Shown in pieces: positions 1 through 9,518 of a stretch of 64,000 bases of DNA. Position 1 is the first letter of the stretch; each line of letters starts with the position of its first letter. The translations under genes were made by a program, and so were the position numbers. This DNA is from Candidatus Omnitrophota bacterium (GTDB taxonomy: Bacteria > Omnitrophota > Gorgyraeia > Zapsychrales > Fredricksoniimonadaceae): contig JADFXH010000001.1 of NCBI GenBank assembly GCA_015233675.1, forward strand, positions 209,138-273,137. Direction: 5' to 3'. The notes beneath the pieces were generated by a model, which saw only the letters and a list, made by a program, of their open reading frames with translations, searched no databases and was not told the origin of the DNA.

Positions 1-611
1 ACAGCTTCACCTTCAGCCGGTGCAGCTGCTGTCTCTTCACGCATCGAACCTGCAACAGTAATAACCACAGATTCAGGGTCATGTTTGGTACTCACTCCCT
101 TAGGCAATACCAAATCCTTGACAAAAATAGAATCATGCACGCCTAAATTCGTTACGTCCGCTTCCAAATGGTGCGGAATATTAGTCGGCAAACAGACAAC
201 ATCCAGCTCCCACATCAAATGCTCCAAGGTCCCGCCGTCACGCTTGACGCCTACCGCCTCGCCTTTGAGAATTATTTTAACTTTAATTTCAATTTCTTTA
301 TCGAGCGAAATGCGGTTAAAATCAATATGAATAACCTCATCAGTAACCGGGTGAAGCTGGACATCTTTGATGATCGCAGGGAAATCCGATATTTTTTTGC
401 CATCGTCAACCAGATTAAGATGGTAGATCAAACTCTCACCCGCGTGTTGGCGATAGATACGATCATACGCCTTACGGTCTGCCTGAATAATCGTGGGTTT
501 GGAGTTTCCCCCGTAAACGATCCCGGGGATCAAATTTGAGCGGCGAATCTGACGAGACCTTGCAGATCCCGTATTTTTTCTGATTTGAACATCAAAATTA
601 ATTTGTTCCAT
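1..611 (-). CDS. rplY: 50S ribosomal protein L25 / general stress protein Ctc, C-terminus runs off the window edge
   Basis: Manual minus-strand translation from the ATG at 611: MEQINFDVQIRKNTGSARSRQIRRSNLIPGIVYGGNSKPTIIQADRKAY..., the typical L25/Ctc N-terminal domain followed by a Ctc-type extension. Absent from the ORF track because no stop codon falls inside the window. Usual synteny with prs and glmU. Confidence 0.85.
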   Translation of the reverse strand, partial: MEQINFDVQIRKNTGSARSRQIRRSNLIPGIVYGGNSKPTIIQADRKAYDRIYRQHAGESLIYHLNLVDDGKKISDFPAIIKDVQLHPVTDEVIHIDFNRISLDKEIEIKVKIILKGEAVGVKRDGGTLEHLMWELDVVCLPTNIPHHLEADVTNLGVHDSIFVKDLVLPKGVSTKHDPESVVITVAGSMREETAAAPAEGEA

Positions 612-622
612 AATATTACCTT

Positions 623-1573
623 TCAGTTCCTGATTTCTTCAAATAAACTGCTGATAGACTCCGCGTTATGGGTACGGGCAATGGCCTCGGCCAAAAGCGG
701 AGCAATCGACAATTGTTTTATTTTAGGATTTTGCGCCTCGTCTTTTAACGGGATACTGTTAGTGATAACCACCTCTATCAATCCCTCACAATTTGCAATC
801 CTTTCCTTAGCGGGGCCTGATAACACCCCATGGCTTGCAGCCGCATAGATGCCTTTGGCTCCAAAGTTCTTAAGAGCCAGAACCGCTTCAACCAAGGAAC
901 CTGCAGTGGCAATGATATCATCCACCATGACTACGTTTTTACCTTTGACATCTCCTAAAATATGCATGACCTCAGTTTTTTCCGGTGACATGCGTCTTTT
1001 ATCAACGATGGCCAAAGCTGCTTTTAAACGTTTGGCATAGGCCCGTGCCATTTTAATACCACCCACATCAGGTGAAACGATTACCAGGTCCCCGATCTGC
1101 CGGTCTTTAAAATACTCACACAAGATATTAATAGCATACAAATGGTCCACCGGGATATCAAAAAAACCTTGTAACTGGCTGGCATGCAAATCCATCGTCA
1201 AGACACGATTGGCCCCTGCCGCTACGATCAAATTAGCTACCAACTTGGCGGTGATCGGTACCCGCGGTTGGTCTTTACGGTCCTGACGCGCATAGCCGTA
1301 ATACGGAATAACCGCCGTTATCCTGTCCGCAGAGGCACGGCGCACAGCATCGATCATGATCAAAAGTTCCATCAAATTCTCATTGACAGGCGGGCAAGTC
1401 GGCTGAACGATAAAAACGTCCTGCCCTCGGATATTTTCTTTGATATGAACGCGGATTTCGCCCTCGCTAAAACGCCCGACAAAAACTTCGGTCTGCTTTA
1501 TCCCCAGCTTCTGACAAATTTCTGAAGTCAAAGAGGGATTAGAATTTCCGCCTAAAATCGATAATTTATGCAT
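623..1573 (-). CDS. prs: ribose-phosphate pyrophosphokinase (PRPP synthetase)
   Basis: MHKLSILGGNSNPSLTSEICQKLG...DRKD-type PRPP-binding motifs. Start moved to the internal ATG at 1573, which has an AGGAAA RBS. Confidence 0.92.
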   Translation of the reverse strand: MHKLSILGGNSNPSLTSEICQKLGIKQTEVFVGRFSEGEIRVHIKENIRGQDVFIVQPTCPPVNENLMELLIMIDAVRRASADRITAVIPYYGYARQDRKDQPRVPITAKLVANLIVAAGANRVLTMDLHASQLQGFFDIPVDHLYAINILCEYFKDRQIGDLVIVSPDVGGIKMARAYAKRLKAALAIVDKRRMSPEKTEVMHILGDVKGKNVVMVDDIIATAGSLVEAVLALKNFGAKGIYAAASHGVLSGPAKERIANCEGLIEVVITNSIPLKDEAQNPKIKQLSIAPLLAEAIARTHNAESISSLFEEIRN

Positions 1574-1626
1574 ATTTTTCCTTAGCATCACTGTCATTCT
1601 GAGGCGAAGGCCCTCAGGCCGGGGGC

Positions 1627-2895
1627 TCAGGATGACAAATTGCTGATTTTCTTTATAACCCTCGCCGGAATGCCGACAGCTACCATACCGGCGGGAATAT
1701 TTCTCCCCTTGGGCAAAACTGAACCCGCGCCAATCATTGCCCCGGCACCGACCTTGTTGGGCGCCACTAAAATCGCATCGGAACCTATGAATGCCTGGCG
1801 TCCGATAAAAGTTTTATTTTTATTCACCCCGTCAAAATTAGCTGTCACAACACCGGCGCCGATGTTAGCCCCCCTGCCCACCGTGGCATCCCCTAAAAAA
1901 GAAAAATGTTTTTGAAAAACCCCGCAGCCCAAAGACGAACGTGAAACTTCCGCAAAATTGCCTATTTCAACTCCGTCGCTGATACGAGTCCCCGGGCGTA
2001 TACGCGCCATGGGGCCGATACTGCAATTTTTACCGATACGCACATCCGTGTGAATGGTCGTCATCGGATGAATAATCGTATCCCTGCCAATCGATACGCC
2101 GGCTTCAATAAAAGTAGTCTGAGGATCAACAACAGTCACTCCTGACAACATATGTTTGCTTAAAAGCCTTTGCCGGATAATCGCTTGGGCACAAGCCAAA
2201 TCTTCACGGGTATTGATCCCGAAAGCAACAGTCTCATCCCGGGTTGTAAGAGTTGTAACTTTTTTACCATCAGCCAATAATAATTCAATAACATCCGTCA
2301 GATAAAATTCTTTTTTCCCGGGGTTAAGCTTGACCTTTTTTAAAATCCCGAATAAATCTTTTGAATTAAAACAATAAACACCGACGTTGATCTCTTTGAT
2401 CTTAGCTTCCTCAATAGAAGCATCTTTCTGTTCGCGTATGGCTGAAAAGCCCCCCTTTTCGTCGCGCACGATACGCCCATACCCTTGGGGGTTACCAATA
2501 TTCGCCGTCAACACACTGGCCGAAGCCTTTGAACGAAGATGCTGTTTTAATAACGCGGCCACGATATCTTTGGACAACAAGGGAGTGTCCCCGCAAAGGA
2601 CTAAAATCGTCCCCCGGTAATCTTTCAAATGCGAAAAACAACGATTAACCGCATCCGCAGTGCCAAGCAGCTTATCCTGTTGGACAAAAATAACCCCTTC
2701 ACCGACAGAATCCATTACTTTTTTATACCCGTGACCAACCACTACATACGTTGCCAAAGAGCGCAGAGCTTTTGTAACATCCAAAACGTATTCGAGAATG
2801 GCCTTGCCGCAAACTTTATGCAGCACTTTAGGAATTTCGGATTTCATCCGAGTCCCACGGCCAGCCGCCAAAATGATCGCTTTGAAATTATTCAT
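1627..2895 (-). CDS. glmU: bifunctional UDP-GlcNAc pyrophosphorylase / GlcN-1-P acetyltransferase
   Basis: N-terminal nucleotidyltransferase motif AILAAGRGTRM and C-terminal left-handed beta-helix hexapeptide repeats. Confidence 0.85.
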   Translation of the reverse strand: MNNFKAIILAAGRGTRMKSEIPKVLHKVCGKAILEYVLDVTKALRSLATYVVVGHGYKKVMDSVGEGVIFVQQDKLLGTADAVNRCFSHLKDYRGTILVLCGDTPLLSKDIVAALLKQHLRSKASASVLTANIGNPQGYGRIVRDEKGGFSAIREQKDASIEEAKIKEINVGVYCFNSKDLFGILKKVKLNPGKKEFYLTDVIELLLADGKKVTTLTTRDETVAFGINTREDLACAQAIIRQRLLSKHMLSGVTVVDPQTTFIEAGVSIGRDTIIHPMTTIHTDVRIGKNCSIGPMARIRPGTRISDGVEIGNFAEVSRSSLGCGVFQKHFSFLGDATVGRGANIGAGVVTANFDGVNKNKTFIGRQAFIGSDAILVAPNKVGAGAMIGAGSVLPKGRNIPAGMVAVGIPARVIKKISNLSS

Positions 2896-2902
2896 ATTTT
2901 AT

Positions 2903-2921
2903 ATTGCCCAGTCAGGACTCG
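2903..2921. repeat. 19-bp direct copy of the tRNA-Gln 3-prime end (attgcccagtcaggactcg), 8 nt upstream of the glmU start
   Basis: Identical to 3040-3058, which spans the 3-prime terminus of the intact tRNA-Gln. Confidence 0.7.
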
Positions 2922-2924
2922 GCG

Positions 2925-2957
2925 CCCCGACTTTTCTTAAGATGATTGAAGTCGGGG
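2925..2957. repeat. 9-bp stem hairpin (ccccgactt / aagtcgggg) between the partial tRNA copy and tRNA-Gln
   Basis: Inverted repeat read directly. No U-run follows on either strand. Confidence 0.5.
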
Positions 2958-3040
2958 TCGGCCCCCCGCCCTATAAAGTCCTCCTATTCGTCGGACTTTA
3001 TAAACAGGGCTCCATTCTCGTCCTTCCCTGCATCTTAAAA

Positions 3041-3111
3041 TTGCCCAGTCAGGACTCGAACCTGAACAACGAGATCCAAATTCTCGGGTGCTACCATTAC
3101 ACCACCGGGCA
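3041..3111 (-). tRNA. tRNA-Gln (anticodon UUG)
   Basis: Reverse complement folds as a cloverleaf: 7-bp acceptor stem TGCCCGG/CTGGGCA, D-loop AATGGTA, anticodon stem CGAGA/TCTCG with loop ATTTGGA (anticodon TTG), T-arm TCAGG-TTCGAGT-CCTGA, discriminator A. CCA is not encoded. Confidence 0.85.
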
Positions 3112-3117
3112 GAGAAA

Positions 3118-3975
3118 CTATAGTGTACTAACCACAAACGCTTGAGTATAACGCCTGTCGAATTTCGCCCGGAGGCTTAAAGCGTGTTTTTGTGACTCGG
3201 CCAAAGCAAAAATCGAAGGACCACTGCCGGAGAAACAGACCCCTGCAGCTCCAGCGTCGAGCAATTTTCTCTTTAAATAAACAAAATCAGGCCTTAACGA
3301 CAAAATAGCAGGCTCCAGGTCATTAGACAAAGATCCTGCCAGTCGCACCAAATCCCCTTTTCTTAAAAAGGGAAGCAGAATATTAACATTATCCTTTTTA
3401 TTTGTCAAATTTAATTTAAGACGGGTAAAAACATCTGCCGTGTACATTTTAACCCGAGGAGTCACAAGCAGATGCCATAATTTAGTCTTGATATCCAATT
3501 GTCTTATAAGCTCTCCCCTTCCCGTACCCAACGCATAAGAAGTGTCATATAAAAAAAAGGTCACATCACTCCCTATGCGGGAGGCATAGCCAGCTAATTC
3601 TTGAGTCCCCAAACCCAATTGCCACAAACGGTTTAAACCTGATAAAACAGCAGCCGCATTGCTGGAACCCCCGGCAAGCCCCGCTGCTACAGGTATATTT
3701 TTTATAATATTTATATCTAACCCTTCTGAAATAGAAAAATCTTGACGCAAGAGAGCTGCAGCCTTAAAAACTAAATTCTTTGAAGACAACGGCACATGCG
3801 GATGGGCACAACGGATGCTTATTTTGTCACTTTTATTGCGCGTCAAAGTAATCGTGTCAGCCAGGCTGATCCGCTCAAATACGGTCCTAAGTTCATGAAA
3901 ACCGTCAGGACGCTTGCCCAAAACATCGAGAACCAGGTTTAATTTAGCCGGTGATTGAAGTGTGAGGCGATCCAT
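3118..3975 (-). CDS. ispE: 4-diphosphocytidyl-2-C-methyl-D-erythritol kinase
   Basis: GHMP kinase motif PVAAGLAGGSSNAAA. N-terminus LNLVLDVLGKRPDGFHEL is typical of IspE. Confidence 0.88.
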   Translation of the reverse strand: MDRLTLQSPAKLNLVLDVLGKRPDGFHELRTVFERISLADTITLTRNKSDKISIRCAHPHVPLSSKNLVFKAAALLRQDFSISEGLDINIIKNIPVAAGLAGGSSNAAAVLSGLNRLWQLGLGTQELAGYASRIGSDVTFFLYDTSYALGTGRGELIRQLDIKTKLWHLLVTPRVKMYTADVFTRLKLNLTNKKDNVNILLPFLRKGDLVRLAGSLSNDLEPAILSLRPDFVYLKRKLLDAGAAGVCFSGSGPSIFALAESQKHALSLRAKFDRRYTQAFVVSTL

Positions 3976-4949
3976 TTTTTCAATTCTCTAATTTTCTGTT
4001 GTATTAAAGTTTGGCGAGGATTTAAATCCAAAGATTTTTGCCAATATTGACAAGCTCCTCTGTAATCCTTTAAAGCTTTATAATCATCCCCTATGTGGTC
4101 ATAAAGGATCTCGTCTTTAATATACGTCTCTGCTTTCTGCAAAGCCGCCAACGCTTGCGCGTACATCCCTTTCTTATAAAGCGCCCATCCCAGACTGTCA
4201 TAAAAAGCCCCATTAGCAGGGTCAATTTCTATGGCTTTACTAATCATCCTGATAGCTTCATCCAAATGAACACCATCCTCCGCGTACATATACCCCAGCG
4301 AATTAAGCGCCTCGGTATGCTCCGGTTCAATTCGCAATACTTTGCGAAACGCCTCGATGGCTTTTGCGTGGTCATTGCTATCTGCCCAAACAGATCCCAA
4401 TAAAAAAAGAGCGGATGCATTGCCAGGATTAAACTCGGTTACCTTCAAGAATTGCTCAATGGCCTGCGGATATTTTTGCTGGGCATAATATAATTGGCCC
4501 AAATACAGATAAACATCTGTGTTACCCTGATCATTCCTGGAGGCGAGTTTAAGAATAATTTCATATTCCGATGCTGCTAAATCGTATTTATGTTCTGAAG
4601 AATAAATAAGCGCCAATAAATAATGAGCTTGCGGCTCTTGAGGAGAAATGCGTGCCACCGTTTTAAACTGGACAGTGGCCTGACTTATTTTGGTCAGACG
4701 TAAATAATAAGCCCCCAGTTTTAATCTTGGAGCAGGTTCCCAACCGTTAAATTTTATGGATTTTTGATATTCACTGATCGCTTGGGAGTTTTCACCATTC
4801 AAATCATGACAAACAGCCAAGATATAATGCGCCAGGCCTTGTGCTTTTGAATCCAGCATTGAGCCCCAAGCATACGAAGGGCTTGTGACCGCCAACAGCG
4901 ACAAGAATAGCACCATCCTCAGCGCATAAAGGCGTTGCCCCAAAAGCAT
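3939..4949 (-). CDS. secreted tetratricopeptide-repeat protein
   Basis: Signal peptide followed by multiple 34-aa TPR-like units (AxxYxxLGxxYxxxxxYxxA pattern). Confidence 0.7.
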   Translation of the reverse strand: MLLGQRLYALRMVLFLSLLAVTSPSYAWGSMLDSKAQGLAHYILAVCHDLNGENSQAISEYQKSIKFNGWEPAPRLKLGAYYLRLTKISQATVQFKTVARISPQEPQAHYLLALIYSSEHKYDLAASEYEIILKLASRNDQGNTDVYLYLGQLYYAQQKYPQAIEQFLKVTEFNPGNASALFLLGSVWADSNDHAKAIEAFRKVLRIEPEHTEALNSLGYMYAEDGVHLDEAIRMISKAIEIDPANGAFYDSLGWALYKKGMYAQALAALQKAETYIKDEILYDHIGDDYKALKDYRGACQYWQKSLDLNPRQTLIQQKIRELKKWIASHFNHRLN

Positions 4950-4964
4950 ACCCCGCCTCCAAAA

Positions 4965-5066
4965 TTAACGAGTGGCTCTCTTTTTGAGATGGCGTAAGGC
5001 TTTGCGTAATTTTTTACGCTTGTGGGTCCGGATCTTAATTAATTTTCTTTTTCTACCGCAGGGCAT
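4965..5066 (-). CDS. 33-aa extremely basic small protein
   Basis: Manual translation MPCGRKRKLIKIRTHKRKKLRKALRHLKKRATR. GGAAGG RBS 8 nt upstream. Lies between hisG and the TPR gene on the same strand. Shorter than the ORF-track threshold. Confidence 0.3.
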   Translation of the reverse strand: MPCGRKRKLIKIRTHKRKKLRKALRHLKKRATR

Positions 5067-5119
5067 AATGTGTACCTTCCTTGAATTACTGCTGTCATTC
5101 CCTTGACAAACGGGAATCT

Positions 5120-6004
5120 TTAATAAATCAGCTTATTAAGTGAATATTCAATAATCCCTTCGGCTCCCGCTTCTTTGAGGGCCGGAATAATTTTTCGCAC
5201 AGTACCTTCATCAATAACTGTTTCCAAAGCCACCCACTGATCACTGACCAACGGTGAAATAGTTGGGTTACGCAACGCTGTGACCGTCTTTAGGATCTTA
5301 TCCAGATCCTTACGCTGCACATTCATTTTTAGCCCTACCATGTTTTTCGCCTGCAAGGCCCCTTGTAACAACATGACAATCTGGTCCATTTTCAACTTTT
5401 TCCATGGATCTTGAAGGGCTTTTTTATTGGCAATAAATTGTGTCGTCGATTCACACAAAGTATCGACGATACGCAATTTATTGGCACGAAGTGAAGAGCC
5501 TGTCTCAGTCAGTTCAACAATGGCATCAACAAGACCCGTGGCGACCTTGGCTTCGGTAGCTCCCCAGGAAAATTCCACATCAGCTTTAACATTGTGCTTG
5601 GCTAAATATTTTTTGGTAACATTAACAACTTCCGTGGCAATTTTCTTTCCCTGCAGATCTTCAACTGACTTAATAGAGGAAGCTTCAGGCACCGCTAAAA
5701 CCCAACGGACCTTATTGCTGGTTTGTTTGGCATACAAAAGCTCTGCCAAAGAGGCAACCTGGGAAGAATTTTCTTCGATCCAGTCAGCACCGGTGATGCC
5801 GCAATCCAAAGTCTCATCTTCGACATAACGGGACATCTCCTGGGCGCGCAAAAGCACCGGAGAAATTTCATCATCATCTATTTGAGGGAAATAGGAACGT
5901 GTCGAGACCATCACCTTAAAACCCGCCTTCTCAAACAAGGCGACTGTGGCGTCCTGCAAACTGCCTTTGGGCAATCCTAATTTTAATTTTTTCATAGGCG
6001 CCAA
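5120..6004 (-). CDS. hisG: ATP phosphoribosyltransferase, long form
   Basis: [11 protein letters not shown]-terminus and ~290-aa length with a C-terminal regulatory domain. Confidence 0.85.
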   Translation of the reverse strand: MAPMKKLKLGLPKGSLQDATVALFEKAGFKVMVSTRSYFPQIDDDEISPVLLRAQEMSRYVEDETLDCGITGADWIEENSSQVASLAELLYAKQTSNKVRWVLAVPEASSIKSVEDLQGKKIATEVVNVTKKYLAKHNVKADVEFSWGATEAKVATGLVDAIVELTETGSSLRANKLRIVDTLCESTTQFIANKKALQDPWKKLKMDQIVMLLQGALQAKNMVGLKMNVQRKDLDKILKTVTALRNPTISPLVSDQWVALETVIDEGTVRKIIPALKEAGAEGIIEYSLNKLIY

Positions 6005-6102
6005 TTATAGCCTTCGATCTATGATATGTAAAGTTATTTTATTGTCAAAACTCTTTAGCTCCGCTATAATGGCACGATTTTTTCAACCATTAACCTTATG
6101 AG

Positions 6103-7530
6103 GTGATTATGCTTGAAGTGATGCGTAAAAAAGGTGTAAATAAAACCATTCTTTGGATCATCGCCGTTGTCGTTATTCTATCTTTCGGTGTTTTTGGTAC
6201 AGCTTACCGTATGGATAACAGCTTTAACAGCGCCGGCACCATGTATGGACATAATGTCAGTATCAAAGATTTCCAGCAGGCCTATGATGACGCCCGCGAC
6301 CAGGCCATCAGGGTTTATGGCGATGAATTTTTTAAGAATGGCAACAAGATTGACTTGGAACAAGAAACATGGGACCGCATGGTCCTTCTTAAAGAAGCTC
6401 AAAAACGAAACATCCATGCCAGCGATCAAGAAGTCGTGGCCTACATTGCCACGTTTCCTTTTTTTCAAAGAGACGGACAATTTGATCAAATGCGTTATGA
6501 AGAAATCGTACAAAATTCCCGCGTTTTTAACCGTTCAACTCATGACTTTGAAGAAGGCGTCCGCAAACAGTTAATCATAAAAAAACTAATAGACAACGTA
6601 GCTCCTGATACGATATTAAGCGATGCCGAATTAAAAAAAATATATCAAAAGCGCAATGAAAAGCTTACCCTGCAATACGTATTATTCAACGCCTCTGATT
6701 ATGCCAAGAACGCCACAGCCAGTGAAGACGAAATTAATAAATTCTATGAGCAGCGCAAGGAACAATTCCGCCTGCCGCCAACCATTGTCCTTAATTATGT
6801 TCAGGCCAAAGACAAAGCTCTCGCTGACACTCTTTCCAAAATGCTCAAGCCCGGCTCTGATTTCGCTTCCGTCGCCAATCAATTAAAACTCGAAGTCAAA
6901 ACCTCAGTACCGTTCACCCAGGACCAACCGATCTTGACTTTTGCGTCCAATCCCGACAACATTCAGAAATTCTTTGCAATGAAGCCAGGCGAATATTCCC
7001 CTGCTTTGGAAGCTCCGGACGGCTGGCAGATCGTGCAGCTTAAAGAAAAAAATAGTTCTGCCATTCCGACTTTGCAAGATAGTAAAGACAGGGTCAAGGA
7101 AGCTCTTCTTTTAGAAAAAGGATTTGCCTTGGCCAAGCCGCAAGCAGATAAATCACTCAAAGAATTGAGTAATGCTTTAAAAAGCAAAGATTTCAAGACA
7201 GCAGCAACGGAGATAGGGCTGAAGGTCGAAGAAACGCCGGCTTTTGGCCGGAAGGAATATATTGCCAACACCGGATTAATACAAGAGTTCCAACAAGAAA
7301 CTGATATGCTTAACACCGATAAAAGATTAAGCGAGGTCATATCCACTTCTCAAGGCCCGGCTATCATTTATCTGAAAAAAATGGAAAAACCTGAAGACGG
7401 CCAGTTTGAATCGGATAAAAGCAATTTCAGACAAATGCTAAGCGCGGAAAAACGCAACCAAATCCTCATTGCCTTCATGAGCCAGTTGCGCGCAAAAGCG
7501 GACGTCCAAAGCAAGATCAAGCATCAATAA
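6103..7530 (+). CDS. membrane-anchored periplasmic chaperone, PpiD/SurA family
   Basis: N-terminal TM anchor followed by a SurA-N-like chaperone domain. The exact start (GTG 6103, ATG 6109 or ATG 6121) is uncertain. Confidence 0.6.
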   Translation: MIMLEVMRKKGVNKTILWIIAVVVILSFGVFGTAYRMDNSFNSAGTMYGHNVSIKDFQQAYDDARDQAIRVYGDEFFKNGNKIDLEQETWDRMVLLKEAQKRNIHASDQEVVAYIATFPFFQRDGQFDQMRYEEIVQNSRVFNRSTHDFEEGVRKQLIIKKLIDNVAPDTILSDAELKKIYQKRNEKLTLQYVLFNASDYAKNATASEDEINKFYEQRKEQFRLPPTIVLNYVQAKDKALADTLSKMLKPGSDFASVANQLKLEVKTSVPFTQDQPILTFASNPDNIQKFFAMKPGEYSPALEAPDGWQIVQLKEKNSSAIPTLQDSKDRVKEALLLEKGFALAKPQADKSLKELSNALKSKDFKTAATEIGLKVEETPAFGRKEYIANTGLIQEFQQETDMLNTDKRLSEVISTSQGPAIIYLKKMEKPEDGQFESDKSNFRQMLSAEKRNQILIAFMSQLRAKADVQSKIKHQ

Positions 7531-7599
7531 CATGGCAAAAAATTCTAGCCATATTTTAATGCCTCTTAAAAGAAACAGGGCATTGCGAGGCTGATGGTT

Positions 7600-8106
7600 T
7601 TAACTAAAAAAGTCTTCATAATGTGAAGGAAAATCATGGGTAACGCTGCGAATAACGCCTTTTTTATCTATAAAAATTAAAGTCGGCACTCCTATGAGAT
7701 GATATGGTTCCTGCAGTGCGCTATCTTCGTCAACGAAACTAACCAATTTCATTTGGCGGCGCAAAAAATAATTCTTAACGTCTTCTTTCGTTTCTGCGAT
7801 GTCCACCAGGATAATCTTGATGCCCTTTTTCTCGATGGAGTCAAAGCTGTCATTAATGCCGCTTAAATCTTCGTAACAATGAGGGCACCAGGTCGCCCAG
7901 AAGACCAAAATTGCTTTTTGTCCCTGACGCGATCCAATGACACTTGCAGATGTCCCGTCCGTCTTAGTCAAAACAATATCCGGCGCGGCCTTACCTATTA
8001 AAAGACTTTTAGTCGCATGCTCAGACAAATTACCCATTGCTAAGGCTGATGGCGAAGACAATATAAATAAAGTTAAAAAAACTAACCAACTGAAGAATTT
8101 ATCCAT
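7600..8106 (-). CDS. TlpA/ResA-family thiol-disulfide oxidoreductase
   Basis: Signal peptide and a thioredoxin fold with the WATWCPHC active site. Confidence 0.8.
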   Translation of the reverse strand: MDKFFSWLVFLTLFILSSPSALAMGNLSEHATKSLLIGKAAPDIVLTKTDGTSASVIGSRQGQKAILVFWATWCPHCYEDLSGINDSFDSIEKKGIKIILVDIAETKEDVKNYFLRRQMKLVSFVDEDSALQEPYHLIGVPTLIFIDKKGVIRSVTHDFPSHYEDFFS

Positions 8107-8402
8107 TTTAGATAATCCTCGCTGCCATTGGCAATAGGCAGGGCGATGATTTCCGGAGTTTGATAACTGTGTAAGGATTTGACCTGGGCCATGATTCTTT
8201 TAAATAAACTCTTTTTGGTCTTTAAAACAAGCAAAACCTCTTTGGACGAATCAATTTTGCCCTGCCACCAAAATAACGACTGTACATCATCTATAATATT
8301 GGCACAGACGATCAATTTGGCTTCTAATAATCCACGGGCAATTCTGTTTGCCTCTTTCTTATCTTTTGCGGTGACCAGGATGATTATGTAATTGATGTTC
8401 AT
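8082..8402 (-). CDS. cutA: divalent-cation tolerance protein CutA
   Basis: 106-aa CutA1 fold signature (VTAKDKKEANRIARGLLEAKLIVCANI...). Confidence 0.8.
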   Translation of the reverse strand: MNINYIIILVTAKDKKEANRIARGLLEAKLIVCANIIDDVQSLFWWQGKIDSSKEVLLVLKTKKSLFKRIMAQVKSLHSYQTPEIIALPIANGSEDYLKWINSSVG

Positions 8403-8460
8403 AATTTTAAACTCCCCTATCCCCTCTTTGGTTCTGTCAAAAGTTAATAATCTTGTACTC

Positions 8461-8606
8461 TCCGCGGGGCCTGTCTTGGAATTGATGTTCAGCTGCTCCT
8501 GATTCGAGTTCGTTGGAGGAAGCCTTATAAACGGTGGTTTCCCTGATTTGTCATAACATCAGTCACCGTGCGCTGCTGAACATCAATTCCAAGCCACCCG
8601 CCGCAA
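8461..8606. ncRNA. candidate structured RNA or long imperfect hairpin element
   Basis: Arms 8475-8496 and 8571-8592 pair over 19 consecutive bp plus 2 more across one mismatch, enclosing a 74-nt interior that contains a further hairpin (ctgat...atcag). Sits in a 354-bp gap with no credible ORF. Confidence 0.3.
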
Positions 8607-8756
8607 GCCTGCTATCTCTAAATAGTTATAAAATTCCATACGAAGGCTGATACTGATATAAAGATTTTAGCCAAAACAATATGTCGGTGTCGGCCGTCCA
8701 TTGCATTCTTCATATAACTTTTGATATTGCCCCTCTTTATAAAAAAGAAAGGATAA

Positions 8757-9518
8757 TTAAAGCAGCATCATTAAGGATATCATGCGTCCGGTTTTTGCGC
8801 CGTCTCGTCGAAATGAAAAATAGTTTCTATTACAACAAGTGCATATTGCGCAATCAAGAATATTCTCCTTGAGCAGACCCAACTGCAGCAATTGATCACG
8901 GTTGGCAATTGGCATGTCTAGATATAAACAACTTCCTCGATTTCGAACGTATAAAGGAAAGTAATCACGAAATTCCTCACCCACCTGATAACAACACTCA
9001 CGGATGCAAGGACCCAAAACAACTTGTAATTCAGAAAATTTGCTGGCGTATTTCTCATGCATTCTTTGTGCGGTCTTAGCGGCAATTGCCTTGTAAGTCC
9101 CCTTCCATCCGGCATGGACCAGGCCTATGGCACGGTGACGCGGGTCAAAAATAAAAACCGGCACGCAATCTGCAGTGCGTATGGCAATCGGCAAATTCTT
9201 TTCATCCGTTACATAAGCATCCGCATCCCCACAACCCTTATAGACCCCAGCGTTGAAAATTCCCGCTGCAGCCTGCCCCCGAATGTTCTTATCGGAGATA
9301 GGAATGACAAAGGATTTATGCGCTTCAAGAATATCATCTCCGTGGATTTGTTTGCGCCAGAATACTTGAGGCATGTCAATTTTGCAATGCTCCCACAAAT
9401 ACGCACGCTGTACGGACGTCAAAGGACTGTCAAAATCAACCGGAGTAAAATCAATTGAGGCGTCACTTGTTAATGCGAGCACGCCTGTATCCTTAAAATA
9501 TATCTCAGGATGCATCAA
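8757..9518 (-). CDS. pgeF: peptidoglycan editing factor PgeF (YfiH / DUF152 laccase-domain protein)
   Basis: Motifs RTADCVPV and HAGWKGT. Confidence 0.85.
   Translation of the reverse strand: MMHPEIYFKDTGVLALTSDASIDFTPVDFDSPLTSVQRAYLWEHCKIDMPQVFWRKQIHGDDILEAHKSFVIPISDKNIRGQAAAGIFNAGVYKGCGDADAYVTDEKNLPIAIRTADCVPVFIFDPRHRAIGLVHAGWKGTYKAIAAKTAQRMHEKYASKFSELQVVLGPCIRECCYQVGEEFRDYFPLYVRNRGSCLYLDMPIANRDQLLQLGLLKENILDCAICTCCNRNYFSFRRDGAKTGRMISLMMLL

Noticed and set aside
168-539. 123-aa plus-strand ORF (and the 85..330 ORF) inside the rplY/ctc region
   Set aside because: Antisense shadow ORF. The minus strand here translates to an unmistakable L25/Ctc protein.
1640-1915. Plus-strand ORFs antisense to glmU, hisG (5427..5828), the PpiD-like gene (6178..6513), the CoADR-RHD gene (43226..43620) and similar overlaps throughout
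   Set aside because: Each lies opposite a gene with strong motif support. They have odd composition, no RBS and no recognisable domain, so I judge them spurious.
2937-3137. 66-aa minus-strand ORF overlapping tRNA-Gln
   Set aside because: It is read through the tRNA gene. The tRNA fold is clear, so the ORF is an artefact.
8403-8756. Possible tmRNA (ssrA) or RNase P RNA in the 354-bp gap
   Set aside because: The 5-prime stretch ggggcctgtcttggaattgatg superficially resembles a tmRNA 5-prime end. There is no tag-peptide reading frame, no T-arm/CCA 3-prime end, and no P4 GGAAAGTCC RNase P motif, and the enclosed loop is far too short.
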